Positions 1-9,603 of a DNA stretch of 64,000 nucleotides are shown here, piece by piece. Location: the NCBI GenBank assembly GCA_024403755.1, contig JAKSRF010000001.1, positions 11,236 through 75,235 of the forward strand. The letters are read 5' to 3'. Position numbers and translations under genes: made by a program. The notes under the pieces are model-generated. The model saw nothing but the letters and a program-made list of their open reading frames with translations. It had not been told where the DNA came from and searched no databases. The DNA is from Clostridia bacterium. Lineage in GTDB: Bacteria; Bacillota; Clostridia; Saccharofermentanales; Saccharofermentanaceae. How positions within the stretch are numbered: position 1 is the stretch's first letter; each line of letters opens with the position of its first letter.

Positions 1-192
1 ACTGTTGAATATATTTCCTGCCATTTGAATTTTTTGTTCGAGCGGAAGATTAAATTCACCTAATTCCTCACTGACAATGTCAGATATTATCTCTTTAATT
101 CTGTTATCATCAGGCTCGCATTCTGTTTTTATGGCATTCAAAACAAAATAAGTAAGTTTTTCCTTTATCTTATCCAATTCATCTTTATTCAT
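1..192 (-). CDS. CpaF/TadA-like pilus assembly ATPase, N-terminal part (runs off left edge; not in ORF track)
   Basis: My translation from ATG at 192: MNKDELDKIKEKLTYFVLNAIKTECEPDDNRIKEIISDIVSEELGEFNLPLEQKIQMAGNIFNS, open to the edge, with an AGGA RBS upstream. Resembles the helical N-terminus of clostridial CpaF proteins preceding the GLDILQ motif. The ATPase domain is outside the window. Confidence 0.55.
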   Translation of the reverse strand, partial: MNKDELDKIKEKLTYFVLNAIKTECEPDDNRIKEIISDIVSEELGEFNLPLEQKIQMAGNIFNS

Positions 193-207
193 TTTTACTA
201 TTCCTGT

Positions 208-1173
208 TTATATGATTAATTGCTTATATGAAGTAGCAGTCGGAAGTGATTTTTGCAGAAGTGACAATTCCTCCGTCAAAAACCTTTGATTTGCCGAGCC
301 GTCGTGCGAAAGCAAAACTGTGACATTATCGGCTTTCTGTGCAATCATTCTCGCTTCGTTTCTTCTGTAATCTTGAACGACAATTAAAAGATTGGTTGTT
401 ATTGAAGAGCAGTTTAACTGATTTTGTGCTGAATCTATAAGCTTCAGTACTGAATCGAAGTGATAATTGAATATTTCATCACCGGGATTGAAAGGCCCGG
501 GATTCATATATCCGATATTATCCATACTGCAATAGTCGAGTATTTTAATGTTTTCATTGTAATTATTCTCAATAGTCTGCATGAGACGAGTGAAGCTTCC
601 GCTTTCTGCCTCGCTTCTGTTTTTCAGTTCCGTTGAGGGAGAACAAAATGTAAATGCAGGCCACTTATAATCCGGCATAAGATTGAGTCTTATAGAGATT
701 TCGGCATTTGATAATAATTCCGAACTTATTTCCTGAATGTACTTTTCTCGATTTTCTACGGAAGTAAATACAAATAATATATTTGTTCTGCCTAAAGAAT
801 TGTCTGTTAGGCAAGGAGGGTCTGAATAAAAGTCGCTTATTGTTTTTTCAGAGGTCAGAACTGAGTCAACTATATCGGGGAAGTAAATACAATCTGCGGA
901 TTCTTTTGTTCTTAACTTGTGGAAGAGTATGTGTGCTTTATTCCCGAAAATGTTGTTAACCGAATCTTCAATCTCGGATTTATCGTATTTCGTGTTGTCG
1001 AAAATAATATGTATTGATGTCGGAATTTTAATTGTCTCGTAATCAATAAATCCGTTCTCATCAGATAAATGTAAAGCAAATATATAATGATTCGGAAATA
1101 AAACCTTCAGACGGTCAACAGCGGCTTTTTCTATATATCTATCTTCTATAACTGTTACAATTGCCGAAGCCAT
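208..1173 (-). CDS. Hypothetical protein, possibly a degenerate CpaE/ParA-like Tad accessory protein
   Basis: 321 aa ORF with GGAG RBS, ending 15 bp before the CpaF-like gene on the same strand. Receiver-like N-terminus; no intact Walker A. Confidence 0.4.
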   Translation of the reverse strand: MASAIVTVIEDRYIEKAAVDRLKVLFPNHYIFALHLSDENGFIDYETIKIPTSIHIIFDNTKYDKSEIEDSVNNIFGNKAHILFHKLRTKESADCIYFPDIVDSVLTSEKTISDFYSDPPCLTDNSLGRTNILFVFTSVENREKYIQEISSELLSNAEISIRLNLMPDYKWPAFTFCSPSTELKNRSEAESGSFTRLMQTIENNYNENIKILDYCSMDNIGYMNPGPFNPGDEIFNYHFDSVLKLIDSAQNQLNCSSITTNLLIVVQDYRRNEARMIAQKADNVTVLLSHDGSANQRFLTEELSLLQKSLPTATSYKQLII

Positions 1174-1305
1174 TTCTGCGTTTCTCCTTTCGTTATTTTT
1201 TTGTTCTCCTTCGTGGAACTGAATTTATTCTAGACCGATTCATGGGTAAAAAAATACTGCTAAAATCCGACAATTTAAGCAAAAAATCGACAATTTCGTA
1301 GTTTT

Positions 1306-1334
1306 TTGACATTGCAAAGATTGAATGATAAAAT
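1306..1334 (+). promoter_or_regulatory. Sigma-A promoter of metK
   Basis: TTGACA (1306-1311), 17 bp spacer, TGa-TAAAAT (1329-1334). Confidence 0.75.
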
Positions 1335-1383
1335 ATCTGTTTGAAAGTTTAGCGTATGCTTCATTATTTAAGGAGGAACAGGT

Positions 1384-2577
1384 ATGAGAAACAGAGAAGG
1401 AAAGTGGTTGTTTACTTCAGAGTCTGTTACTGAAGGTCATCCTGACAAAGTTTGTGATCAGATTTCTGATTCGATTCTTGATGCTATTATTGCTCAGGAT
1501 CCTGCAGCGCGAGTTGCGTGTGAGACCTGTTGTACAACCGGTATGGTATTGGTTATGGGAGAGATTACAACCTCTGCCTATGTTGATATTCCTACAATAG
1601 TAAGAGAGAAAATTAAAGACATCGGTTATGACGGAAAGGATTCCGGATTTGATTATAAGACATGTGCTGTTTTGACTTCCATTGATGAGCAGTCACCTGA
1701 TATTGCTATGGGTGTTGATAAGTCATATGAAGCCAAGAAAGGTGATGTGGATTCATTTGATTTGGGTGCCGGTGATCAGGGGATGATGTTCGGTTATGCC
1801 AATGATGATACGGAGGAATTTATGCCTCTTCCGATAAGTCTTGCTCACAAGCTTACCAAGAAACTTGCCGATGTAAGAAAGAACGGAAATGCCGATTTCC
1901 TCAGACCTGACGGTAAGAGCCAGGTTACTGTTGAGTATGAAGGTAATAAGGTTAAGAGAATTGATGCCGTAGTTATTTCTACACAGCACAGTCCTAATAT
2001 TGAAGCTGAGGCATTAGAGAAGTTTGTTAAGGAAAATGTTATTTTCCCGATTATTCCTGCAGAGCTTATTGATGAAAATACAAAGATTTACGTAAATCCT
2101 ACCGGAAGATTTGTTGTGGGTGGTCCTCAGGGAGATTCCGGTCTTACAGGAAGAAAGATTATTGTAGATACTTACGGTGGATTCGGTCGTCACGGCGGCG
2201 GTGCATTCTCAGGTAAGGATCCTACGAAGGTTGATCGTTCTGCTGCTTATGCTGCAAGATATCTTGCAAAGAACGTAGTTGCTTCAGGACTTGCAAAGGA
2301 ATGTGAGATTCAGCTCGCTTACGCTATCGGCGTTGCAAAGCCGGTTTCTGTAATGGTTGATACCTTCGGAACAGGAATCATAGCTGATGCTAAAATATCT
2401 GAAATTTTAAATTCTGTATTTGATTTACGTCCGTTGGCTATTATCTCAAATCTGAATTTGAGAACTCCTATTTATGGTAATACTGCCGCTTACGGTCACT
2501 TTGGTCGTAACGACTGCGGTTTCCCGTGGGAGAAGCTTGATCTTGTTGATAAGATTAAAGCAGCAGCCAATATTTGA
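1384..2577 (+). CDS. metK: S-adenosylmethionine synthetase
   Basis: [28 protein letters not shown] motifs; AAGGAGG RBS. Confidence 0.98.
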   Translation: MRNREGKWLFTSESVTEGHPDKVCDQISDSILDAIIAQDPAARVACETCCTTGMVLVMGEITTSAYVDIPTIVREKIKDIGYDGKDSGFDYKTCAVLTSIDEQSPDIAMGVDKSYEAKKGDVDSFDLGAGDQGMMFGYANDDTEEFMPLPISLAHKLTKKLADVRKNGNADFLRPDGKSQVTVEYEGNKVKRIDAVVISTQHSPNIEAEALEKFVKENVIFPIIPAELIDENTKIYVNPTGRFVVGGPQGDSGLTGRKIIVDTYGGFGRHGGGAFSGKDPTKVDRSAAYAARYLAKNVVASGLAKECEIQLAYAIGVAKPVSVMVDTFGTGIIADAKISEILNSVFDLRPLAIISNLNLRTPIYGNTAAYGHFGRNDCGFPWEKLDLVDKIKAAANI

Positions 2578-2606
2578 TTCTGATCAGCAGAGTATTTGTT
2601 TTAAGG

Positions 2607-2643
2607 AACTGTCTCAAAACAGAAAAGTTTTGGGACAGTTTTT
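2607..2643 (+). terminator. Intrinsic terminator after metK
   Basis: AACTGTCTCAAAAC / GTTTTGGGACAGTT stem followed by Ts. Confidence 0.7.
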
Positions 2644-2737
2644 ACGTTGTTACGATGTAAAAATTAAATAACGATTCACAATAAATATAACTGTGTTAGA
2701 ATTAATATCACCACATTTTCGAGGAGTATGTTATCAA

Positions 2738-4996
2738 ATGGCTGATATTGAGACCGTTATATCAAAAGTTGAGAGAGTTGTCTTTAACAGAGGTGAGTTC
2801 TACATCTTCTATACTGAGGATGGTTTTTCTGTTAAAGGAAATTCCGGCGAAGATATTACCCCCGGAGTAAAGTATGAGATTACCGGTGTTTGGGGAGAAT
2901 ATAACGGAATTCCTCAAATGACTGCAAGTAAAATCGAAGCTGTAAAGGATGATGAATTTAAAGAGACCTTAATAGGAGATTTTCTTGCATATTATGTTCC
3001 GAAAATCGGTGAGAAAACAGCACTTGCACTTGCTTGTAAATTCGGTGAAGATGTTCTTGATGTGCTTGAGGAGGGTGACAGTGAGACAGTAAAGGTTTCC
3101 CGTGTGCTGACAAAAAAGAAACTTGCCGATATAAGTAAGTTTGTGAAAGAAAATCGAGAGGTTCTTGATGAGAAGCTTAGCTTCAGACTTTTGGGATTAA
3201 CGTTCGGAGTCGTAGATAAGATAGTTGATGTCTACGGCATAAAAAGAAATCAGGTTGAGCAGAATCCGTTTGTTCTCATGAGTATTGAGGGTGTCGGTTT
3301 TGATATATGTGAGCATATATTCGAGCAATTTCAGTTGAATGAATATTCTGTTGACAGATTTGCAGGCGCCATCGAATATTCACTCTATGATTTGCATATT
3401 AATAACGGGGATGCGTACTTCTCATATACAGATGTGAATAATGCGGTTTTTAAGCTTCTTTTCGATAGAAAGGAATGCAGAAACGAGGATTATCTGAGTG
3501 CTTTTTTCGGTGCGGTACAGTTGCTTACAGATAATAAGAAAATAGTGTCATATTCGTTTGTGAATAACAAGGTAACTCCGGTTCCGATAAACAGTGAAGG
3601 AGCGAGAATTGCTCTGGCCAGATATACGAAAATGGAAATAGATATAAAGAAGCAAATATATGGTTTTCTTAACGCACGTAAAGTTTCCTTTGATTCTGCT
3701 AAGGCAAATCTTAAAATAGATGCGTTGGCGGCAACGAGAAATATCGAATTGGACGAGAAACAGCGTGAGGCTTTGCTTATGTGCATGCAAGAGCCGATTT
3801 CAATAGTGTATGGCGGACCGGGAACAGGCAAGACCACAATAATGGGTTTGCTTGCAGCCCATTTTCGAAAAGAAGGTATAAAATGCGCCTTCTGTGCTCC
3901 GACGGGACGAGCAGCCAAAAGACTTTCAGAAGCTATTGAGGATAAGGCTTTTACGATACACAGAATTCTCGGCTATACACGTTCCGACGATGAGACCGGA
4001 GATGTTTTTTGTGCAAAAAACAGTCTGGATCCGATTGATGCACGTGTTATTGTTGTTGACGAGATGAGTATGGTTGATATGGAAATCTTTTTGCATCTGT
4101 TAGAGGCGATAGACCGCGGTGCATCACTGATTTTAATTGGTGATCCCAACCAGCTTCCTTCGGTCGGACCGGGTAACGTGCTTAAAAATTTGATAGAGTA
4201 CAATCCGATACCTAAGGTTGAACTGACATATATTTTCAGACAGTCCGGTGAATCACTTATAGCATCGAATGCATACAGAATACTTGATAAGGAAAAGCTC
4301 ACGGACGATGAGAACGAGTTTATTATAAAGAACTTTGATGACGAGAAACTTGCGGAAGAATATATAAGAGACATTTATTTGAATGTATATATGAATAACG
4401 AGGATGCCGTAATTCTCACTCCTACTAAGCAGAACAATCTCGGTACGATGAGACTGAATGAGGTTTTGCAGAAAACCGTTGTTGATAAGAATGATGGATT
4501 TAGGGCAAGGTCGAGTCTTATTCTTCATGTCGGTGATCGTGTCATGCAAATAAAGAATGATTATCAGATAGAATATGAACAGGAAGATTCGGAAACCGGT
4601 TTGGGAAGAGGCGTATATAACGGAGAACTCGGTGAAGTTTGTAATATAGATGAGGAAGAAGAACTTGTTTTAATCAAATTCGATGACGGCAAAATTGTTC
4701 CTTATTCCAGACCGCAACTGGAGAATGTTGAACTTGCTTATGCTATGACAGTGCATAAAGCACAGGGTTGTGAATTTGACACGGTTATACTGGTTTTGGG
4801 AAGGTTTAATTATCTTCTGTCAAATTGGAGAATACTCTATACGGCGGTTACAAGAGCAAAAAAGAAAATAGTAGTAGTAAACTTCGGTGATCGAATTAAT
4901 AAAATGATTCTTTCTTCACGAGGATATGAGAGACATACTTCTTTGTTGGATTTTTTGCAAAGTGCTAACGGCTCTGCAAGCCGTAACGGAGAATAA
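2738..4996 (+). CDS. recD2: RecD2-like SF1 5'-3' DNA helicase
   Basis: Walker A GGPGTGKTT, APTGRAAKRL, VDEMSMVD, GDPNQLPSVG, AYAMTVHKAQG, YTAVTRAK. Probable start is ATG 2738 (track starts at 2693). Confidence 0.92.
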   Translation: MADIETVISKVERVVFNRGEFYIFYTEDGFSVKGNSGEDITPGVKYEITGVWGEYNGIPQMTASKIEAVKDDEFKETLIGDFLAYYVPKIGEKTALALACKFGEDVLDVLEEGDSETVKVSRVLTKKKLADISKFVKENREVLDEKLSFRLLGLTFGVVDKIVDVYGIKRNQVEQNPFVLMSIEGVGFDICEHIFEQFQLNEYSVDRFAGAIEYSLYDLHINNGDAYFSYTDVNNAVFKLLFDRKECRNEDYLSAFFGAVQLLTDNKKIVSYSFVNNKVTPVPINSEGARIALARYTKMEIDIKKQIYGFLNARKVSFDSAKANLKIDALAATRNIELDEKQREALLMCMQEPISIVYGGPGTGKTTIMGLLAAHFRKEGIKCAFCAPTGRAAKRLSEAIEDKAFTIHRILGYTRSDDETGDVFCAKNSLDPIDARVIVVDEMSMVDMEIFLHLLEAIDRGASLILIGDPNQLPSVGPGNVLKNLIEYNPIPKVELTYIFRQSGESLIASNAYRILDKEKLTDDENEFIIKNFDDEKLAEEYIRDIYLNVYMNNEDAVILTPTKQNNLGTMRLNEVLQKTVVDKNDGFRARSSLILHVGDRVMQIKNDYQIEYEQEDSETGLGRGVYNGELGEVCNIDEEEELVLIKFDDGKIVPYSRPQLENVELAYAMTVHKAQGCEFDTVILVLGRFNYLLSNWRILYTAVTRAKKKIVVVNFGDRINKMILSSRGYERHTSLLDFLQSANGSASRNGE

Positions 4997-4998
4997 AA

Positions 4999-5778
4999 AT
5001 GATGAATTCTGTTAAGGACATAATTAAGATTAATACTATTGAGGCAGTAGAGCTTTTGCTTCCTGTCAAGTGTGTGATTTGCGGAAAAAGTACCTCTTAC
5101 AGTCAGCATGAGAGCCTGGACAGATGTTACAGAAGAATAACCGGAAGAGACAGGATGCATGTTTGTAATAAATGTCTTGTAAATCTTGTGTCGGAAGATT
5201 CAAAGGAAAGATGGAATTTTTGTCTTTCAAATCCTGTTCCGAACGATTCTTATCCTGAATTACCGCTTTATCTTGCCTTTCCTTATGACGGTATTATGAG
5301 AAAGATTATTACCAATCTTAAATTCAGAGATAAGAGGGAATGCGGTTATCTTGCCGGTATGCTGCTTGGAAAAATGTTAAAGGATGACGGTGTAAACGCA
5401 GATATGATTATTCCGATGCCGCTTCATCCGAGAAGACTTGAAGAAAGAGGTTACAATCAGGCTGAGATAATTGCACATTCAGTGGCAGAAATGAATGAGA
5501 TTCCGATGATAACCGGTGTACTTTTGAGAGAAAGATATACAGAAAGACAGTCCGAAATCAAAGATGTTAATGAACGAATATCAAATGTCTCACATGCTTT
5601 TACCGTTGCAGAGAACTGGGATATTACCGGAAGTACGATTATTCTTATTGATGATGTAGTAACTACCGGGTTTACCATGCATGAAGCTGCGTCCGTATTG
5701 CTTAATAACGGCGCTTCAAAAGTTCTGTGTTGTGCCGTCGCAGGTAACCGTTTGCTTAAAAATGCAGACAGATTCTGA
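4999..5778 (+). CDS. comF: ComF/ComFC family phosphoribosyltransferase-like protein
   Basis: N-terminal CxxC...CxxC, RGYNQA, PRT motif LIDDVVTTG. Confidence 0.88.
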   Translation: MMNSVKDIIKINTIEAVELLLPVKCVICGKSTSYSQHESLDRCYRRITGRDRMHVCNKCLVNLVSEDSKERWNFCLSNPVPNDSYPELPLYLAFPYDGIMRKIITNLKFRDKRECGYLAGMLLGKMLKDDGVNADMIIPMPLHPRRLEERGYNQAEIIAHSVAEMNEIPMITGVLLRERYTERQSEIKDVNERISNVSHAFTVAENWDITGSTIILIDDVVTTGFTMHEAASVLLNNGASKVLCCAVAGNRLLKNADRF

Positions 5779-5801
5779 TTATTGTTTGTTTATTTAGAAA
5801 T

Positions 5802-5830
5802 TTGAAAATTCTCGTATTTATTATTATAAT
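5802..5830 (+). promoter_or_regulatory. Sigma-A promoter for the 6S-like RNA
   Basis: TTGAAA, 17 bp spacer, TATAAT; ends 7 nt before the RNA 5' end. Confidence 0.7.
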
Positions 5831-5837
5831 AAAGATA

Positions 5838-5993
5838 CCTGGGGTGAAGGGCTCTATTTTGAACCTTCGTGACATTAATTGGAATCCGGGTCAGTTATTG
5901 TAGATCAGGCCTGCTTCGACTGGAAGATTGAATTTAATTGCAGGATACCGCCCTGGTATATATCAGGTGTCAAACGGGGTTTTTCATCTTAGG
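5838..5993 (+). ncRNA. ssrS: Probable 6S RNA
   Basis: Ends pair (CCTGGGGTGAAG 5838-5849 with TTTCATCTTAGG 5982-5993, G-U allowed). TTGAACC pairs with GGTGTCAA; CCTG...CAGG hairpin on the 3' side of a central bubble. Word order matches Firmicute 6S; own promoter and U-tract. Confidence 0.72.
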
Positions 5994-6026
5994 CTTTTTT
6001 AAGAATAGTGTGGTTTATTTAAATAT

Positions 6027-6719
6027 ATGAGTTTGTTGGCTGATGCAAGAAAGATAGCTGAACGTGACCCGGCTGCAAGAAGTGTAGTCGGTGTTATTTT
6101 GTTGTATCCGGGTTTTCATGCTCTCGTATATCACAAGGTAAGCCATTTTTTATATAAATGCGGTCTTAAGGGATTGGCGCGTTGGAATTCTCAGGTTGCA
6201 CGATTTTGGACAGGAATTGAGATTCATCCGGGCGCGGTAATCGGTAACGGACTGTTTATAGATCACGGTATGGGTATTGTAATAGGTGAGACGGCAGTAA
6301 TAGGAAATGACTGTACAATTTACCATAATGTTACGCTCGGAGGCCGAGGAAACGACAAGGCTCATAAGAGACATCCGACTCTTGAAGATAATGTTCTTGT
6401 CGGTGCCGGAGCTAAGATTCTCGGTAACGTTACGATCGGTGAGAATTCTAATATCGGTTCAAATGCCGTGATTTTATATGACGTTCCGAAGAATGCTACT
6501 GTTGTCGGTGTACCGGGTAAGGTAGTCAGAATTGACGGACAGAAGCCGCCTAAGTCTCACGCAGTTGAATTGGATCATGCTGCTTTGCCTGATCCTCTTG
6601 AACAGGAAGTATGTATGTTAAGTAAGAGAATAATGAAGCTTGAGAAGCTTCTTTCAGATTCTTCAATAGAGGAACAGAAGGATGACCGATGTTGTACCGA
6701 TAAAGAAGCAGAAGAGTAA
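6027..6719 (+). CDS. cysE: Serine O-acetyltransferase
   Basis: TGIEIHPGA, FIDHGMGIVIGET, KRHPT hexapeptide-repeat motifs. Confidence 0.96.
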   Translation: MSLLADARKIAERDPAARSVVGVILLYPGFHALVYHKVSHFLYKCGLKGLARWNSQVARFWTGIEIHPGAVIGNGLFIDHGMGIVIGETAVIGNDCTIYHNVTLGGRGNDKAHKRHPTLEDNVLVGAGAKILGNVTIGENSNIGSNAVILYDVPKNATVVGVPGKVVRIDGQKPPKSHAVELDHAALPDPLEQEVCMLSKRIMKLEKLLSDSSIEEQKDDRCCTDKEAEE

Positions 6720-6751
6720 TTAAATCGATAAGTTAACTAAGGAGAATTAAA

Positions 6752-8173
6752 ATGAAGTTATTTAATACAATGACAAGATATAAAGAAGATTTTAAGACTA
6801 TGGTACCGGGACATGTTAAGATGTATGCCTGCGGACCTACGGTGTACAATTATTTTCATCTCGGTAATGCAAGACCTTTTGTTACATTTGATACGCTGAG
6901 AAGATATTTGGAATACAGCGGTTATGAAGTGGAGTTCTGCCAGAATTTTACCGATATTGATGATAAGATGATTAAAAGAGCCAATGAAGAAGGCGTTACT
7001 GTTGAAGAGATAGCAGATCGCTATATTAAGGAATACTATGTTGATGCTGACGGTTTGAATGTAAAGAGACCTACATATCAGCCGAGAGCAACAAAGAGTA
7101 TGGATGCAATTATCGGTCTTGTTCAGGCTTTGACTGATAAAGGATATACTTATGTAATTGAAGGTGACGGCGTTTATTATGACGTAACTAAGTTTAAGGA
7201 TTACGGTAAACTGTCACATTATAAACTTGAAGATCTTGTTGCCGGCGGCGGTGAACGTAAGGCTTCTTACGAAGGTAAAAAGAATCCGGGTGACTTTGCT
7301 GTATGGAAATTCAAAAAAGAAGGTGAGCCTTTCTGGCCGTCTCCTTGGGGTGAAGGAAGACCGGGTTGGCATATAGAATGCTCAGCCATGATTAAGCAAT
7401 ATCTTGGTGATACTATTGATATTCACGGCGGCGGACAGGATTTGATTTTCCCGCATCATGAGAACGAGATAGCACAAAGTGAGGCTGCAAACGGATGCAG
7501 CTTTGCTAATTATTGGGTTCACAATGCTTTCGTTAATGTTGATGGAGAGAAGATGAGTAAATCACTCAATAATTTCTTTACCATAAGAGATATTGTTGAG
7601 CATTTCCCATATGCTGTTATCAGATTCTTTATTTTGTCCGGTCATTACAGAATGCCTATTAATTTTTCTGATACACTTCTTCAGGCCGCACAGAACGGTT
7701 TGGATCGTATAGCTACCTGCGCAGAGAATGCTAAGTTTATTATTGATAAGAACTCGCTTTCGGCTGCAACTATTGATGATACAGCAGATAAGGCTTTGCT
7801 TGATGCAGTAAGTGCAAGCCATGACGGATTTGTTCAGCATATGGATGATGATTTGAATACTGCAGATGCAATAACCGATATCTTTAATCTCGTTAAGGAA
7901 ATAAATGTTGCTGCCTCAAAGCTTAATGTTTCTTCTGACGCATTTGTAAAAGCTTATGAGATGCTTAACGAATTGAGTGACGTTCTCGGTATTGACTTGA
8001 AGTATGCATCGGATACCGGTATTCCTGATGAGGTAATGCAGCTTGTTAATGAGCGTGCGGAAGCTAAGAAAGCAAAGGATTTTGCTACAGCTGATGCGTT
8101 ACGTAACAAGATTACCGAGATGGGTTATCAGGTTAAGGATACAGCAAACGGTCCGCAGGTAAGCAAGATATGA
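6752..8173 (+). CDS. cysS: Cysteine--tRNA ligase
   Basis: MYACGPTVY, HLGN, GRPGWHIECSAM, DLIFPHHENE, KMSKS. Confidence 0.98.
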   Translation: MKLFNTMTRYKEDFKTMVPGHVKMYACGPTVYNYFHLGNARPFVTFDTLRRYLEYSGYEVEFCQNFTDIDDKMIKRANEEGVTVEEIADRYIKEYYVDADGLNVKRPTYQPRATKSMDAIIGLVQALTDKGYTYVIEGDGVYYDVTKFKDYGKLSHYKLEDLVAGGGERKASYEGKKNPGDFAVWKFKKEGEPFWPSPWGEGRPGWHIECSAMIKQYLGDTIDIHGGGQDLIFPHHENEIAQSEAANGCSFANYWVHNAFVNVDGEKMSKSLNNFFTIRDIVEHFPYAVIRFFILSGHYRMPINFSDTLLQAAQNGLDRIATCAENAKFIIDKNSLSAATIDDTADKALLDAVSASHDGFVQHMDDDLNTADAITDIFNLVKEINVAASKLNVSSDAFVKAYEMLNELSDVLGIDLKYASDTGIPDEVMQLVNERAEAKKAKDFATADALRNKITEMGYQVKDTANGPQVSKI

Positions 8174-8616
8174 TAATTCCGTTTGTCAATTCAGATTTAC
8201 GTGAGATATCTACTTCGACTCTTGCATATATCGGAGATGCTGTCTATGAATTATATGCAAGATGTCATGTGGCGTCTCATTGTTCAACCAAATCCGGTCT
8301 TATGCATAAAATGACGATAAAGTATGTAAGTGCCACTGCACAAGCTAAGGCTGTAAGGGAACTTCAAAATGATCTTACGGCGGCAGAACTGTCGTACTAT
8401 AAACGAGGCCGTAATTCAAATCCGGGTTCAATGGCAAAGAATGCCTCCCCTGAGGATTACAGGTGTGCAACCGGCTTTGAAGCATTGATAGGTTATTTGT
8501 TTCTTGATAATAAGTCGGAACGAATGGAATTCCTTTTGGCCAAGGTCTTTTCCGTTCTTGATGAAGAAGAGTGGAATTGGAATGAGGTTTTACCGGAGGA
8601 GTTCGGTGCAGAATAA
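8170..8616 (+). CDS. mrnC: Mini-ribonuclease III
   Basis: LAYIGDAVYEL, KRGRN, ATGFEALIGYL; canonical position after cysS. Confidence 0.93.
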   Translation: MIIPFVNSDLREISTSTLAYIGDAVYELYARCHVASHCSTKSGLMHKMTIKYVSATAQAKAVRELQNDLTAAELSYYKRGRNSNPGSMAKNASPEDYRCATGFEALIGYLFLDNKSERMEFLLAKVFSVLDEEEWNWNEVLPEEFGAE

Positions 8617-8625
8617 CTATATTGG

Positions 8626-9591
8626 GTGGATCTTAATATGAGCGGAAATTTTAATCAACAGCGCGATAAAGGCAGAAACAAAAAATACGGAAATAACGGC
8701 AGAAAGTCATTTAACGGTCAGAATGATAACAGACCGCCGAGAGCAACTGCCAGACGAGTTATGAATTCAGATGAGTTGCCGGAGGATTTTGACGAGGAAA
8801 GAAGGAACGGTAATGCCGAGCCTCAAAACGTGGCAACAGATGATCGTCTGGAAGGCAAAAACTCGGTTACCGAAGCTTTTAATTCCGGCAGAGAGATAAA
8901 TAAGTTATGGATATTAAAGCCTGTAGATAATCAGAAACTCGATCAGGGTTTATATAAGATTCTTAAGCTTGCCGAAGAGAAGAAAATAGTAGTCAACAGA
9001 GTTCCCAGATTAACATTGGACAGAATGAGTCAGACTCATAATCATCAAGGAGTTATTGCACAGGTTGCAAGTCATGAATATTCTGACATAGATGACATGA
9101 TAGATGCGGCAAGAGCAAAGGGACATGAACCGTTTTTTGTTGTATTGGATGAACTTAAGGATTCTTATAACCTTGGTTCAATATTAAGAATTTCCGATGC
9201 TGCAGGTGTTGATGGTATAATAATACCTAAGCACAGATCAATCGGTCTTGATTCGGTGGTAGCAAAAGCTTCCGCAGGTGCCTTGGAATATGTTCCTGTT
9301 GCCAGAGTAACAAATCTTACTCAGACTCTCAGTGAATTAAAGGATAAAGGCTTTTGGGTAATGGGAACGGATGCCGATGCTGATACAGATTATGATAAGG
9401 CTGATTATTCCGGTGCTTTGGCTGTGATAATCGGAAGTGAAGGCGAGGGAATGCGTAATACCGTTAAGAATTGTTGTGATTATCTCATTTCGATTCCGAT
9501 GGTAGGCCATGTTAACAGTCTTAATGCAGCAGTAGCAGGCGGTATAGTGGTTTTTGAAGCCATGAGACACCGTAATCAAAAAAAAGCATAA
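8626..9591 (+). CDS. rlmB: 23S rRNA Gm2251 methyltransferase (SPOUT) with N-terminal extension
   Basis: HQGVIA, NLGSILR, GSEGEG, SLNAAVAG; cysS-mrnC-rlmB synteny. Start is either GTG 8626 or ATG 8638. Confidence 0.92.
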   Translation: MDLNMSGNFNQQRDKGRNKKYGNNGRKSFNGQNDNRPPRATARRVMNSDELPEDFDEERRNGNAEPQNVATDDRLEGKNSVTEAFNSGREINKLWILKPVDNQKLDQGLYKILKLAEEKKIVVNRVPRLTLDRMSQTHNHQGVIAQVASHEYSDIDDMIDAARAKGHEPFFVVLDELKDSYNLGSILRISDAAGVDGIIIPKHRSIGLDSVVAKASAGALEYVPVARVTNLTQTLSELKDKGFWVMGTDADADTDYDKADYSGALAVIIGSEGEGMRNTVKNCCDYLISIPMVGHVNSLNAAVAGGIVVFEAMRHRNQKKA

Positions 9592-9603
9592 AAGGAGCGG
9601 CGG

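Noticed and set aside
1335-1383. SAM riboswitch upstream of metK
   Set aside because: The leader between the promoter and RBS is about 45 nt, with no S-box (ATC..AGAG, GCAACC) or SMK signature.
5930-5960. T-box leader for cysE-cysS (GGATACCGCC resembles GGTACCGCG)
   Set aside because: It lacks the AAGGGTGG core, specifier stem and antiterminator; end-to-end pairing fits 6S better.
5838-5993. raiA-motif RNA (often found next to comF)
   Set aside because: None of the raiA conserved words as I recall them are present, and it is too short.
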